DNA of 64,000 nucleotides from a virus (Duplodnaviria; Heunggongvirae; Uroviricota; Caudoviricetes): IMG/VR virus record IMGVR_UViG_3300037067_007156, positions 461,519 to 525,518 of that record; one strand, 5' to 3'. Shown piece by piece: positions 63,727 to 64,000 of this stretch (position 1 is its first letter; each line of letters starts with the position of its first letter). The notes under the pieces were generated by a model. It saw only the letters and a program-made list of their open reading frames with translations, ran no database searches and was not told where the DNA came from. The position numbers and the translations under genes were made by a program.

Positions 63727-63996
63727 TTAATTTAAAATTTTATCAATGTTTCTTTCTGGAATATTTTTACAAATACGACCAACATCATTTGGATATTTTC
63801 CCCTTTTGATAACAGCATCGAAATAAACACCACCAGACATTACATTTATTGGGTCGTGATTTAAAGCGTATACTGAAATTATTTCACATTCATAACCACT
63901 AACTTTTATTGTCACTCTTTGACCATCTTTCAAATCTGTTTCAACTATAACAGTTTGTTTGTGACAATTCAAATAAGAAAATGTGCTTCTGCTCAT
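63727..63996 (-). CDS. hypothetical protein (may extend beyond the window)
   Basis: ORF at the window edge. Confidence 0.5.
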   Translation of the reverse strand: MSRSTFSYLNCHKQTVIVETDLKDGQRVTIKVSGYECEIISVYALNHDPINVMSGGVYFDAVIKRGKYPNDVGRICKNIPERNIDKILN

Positions 63997-64000
63997 AATA

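Overview
Very AT-rich, gene-dense segment of a large T4-like (jumbo-type) dsDNA phage, read with the standard genetic code. A Bacteroidota host is likely: TAnnTTTG host-type promoters, a PKD protein with a T9SS type-B CTD, and Bacteroidota-style M23, SPOR and sigma-70 genes. Recognisable genes include RNase H/5'-3' exonuclease, clamp loader, the C-terminal half of a split family-B DNA polymerase with a 170-aa mini-intein, sigma-70, two DNA methyltransferases, two Nudix enzymes, LOG, macrodomain, Pth2, HD, ATP-grasp and three Vsr-like homing endonucleases. A solo tnpB element interrupts a decayed DNA/RNA non-specific nuclease gene. The main novel observation is a set of about ten integron-like cassettes (2.6, 24.9-25.9, 29.9-32.0 and 41.2 kb). 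Each runs from a GTT-type core to a complementary AAC-type inverse core, and neighbours are joined by long-loop hairpins (AAC-N5-stem-loop-stem-N2-GTT). The loops often hold the start of the next ORF, so the crossover GTT is an in-frame Val codon and cassette exchange would shuffle protein N- and C-terminal modules. No integrase is present in this window. Also seen: a CRISPR-like triple repeat overlapping a gene end, a large family of proteins with an N-terminal capsid-targeting-like motif under a TATATA promoter, a family sharing a C-terminal RxxKL/IxxI/L motif, and a candidate three-way-junction RNA leader.
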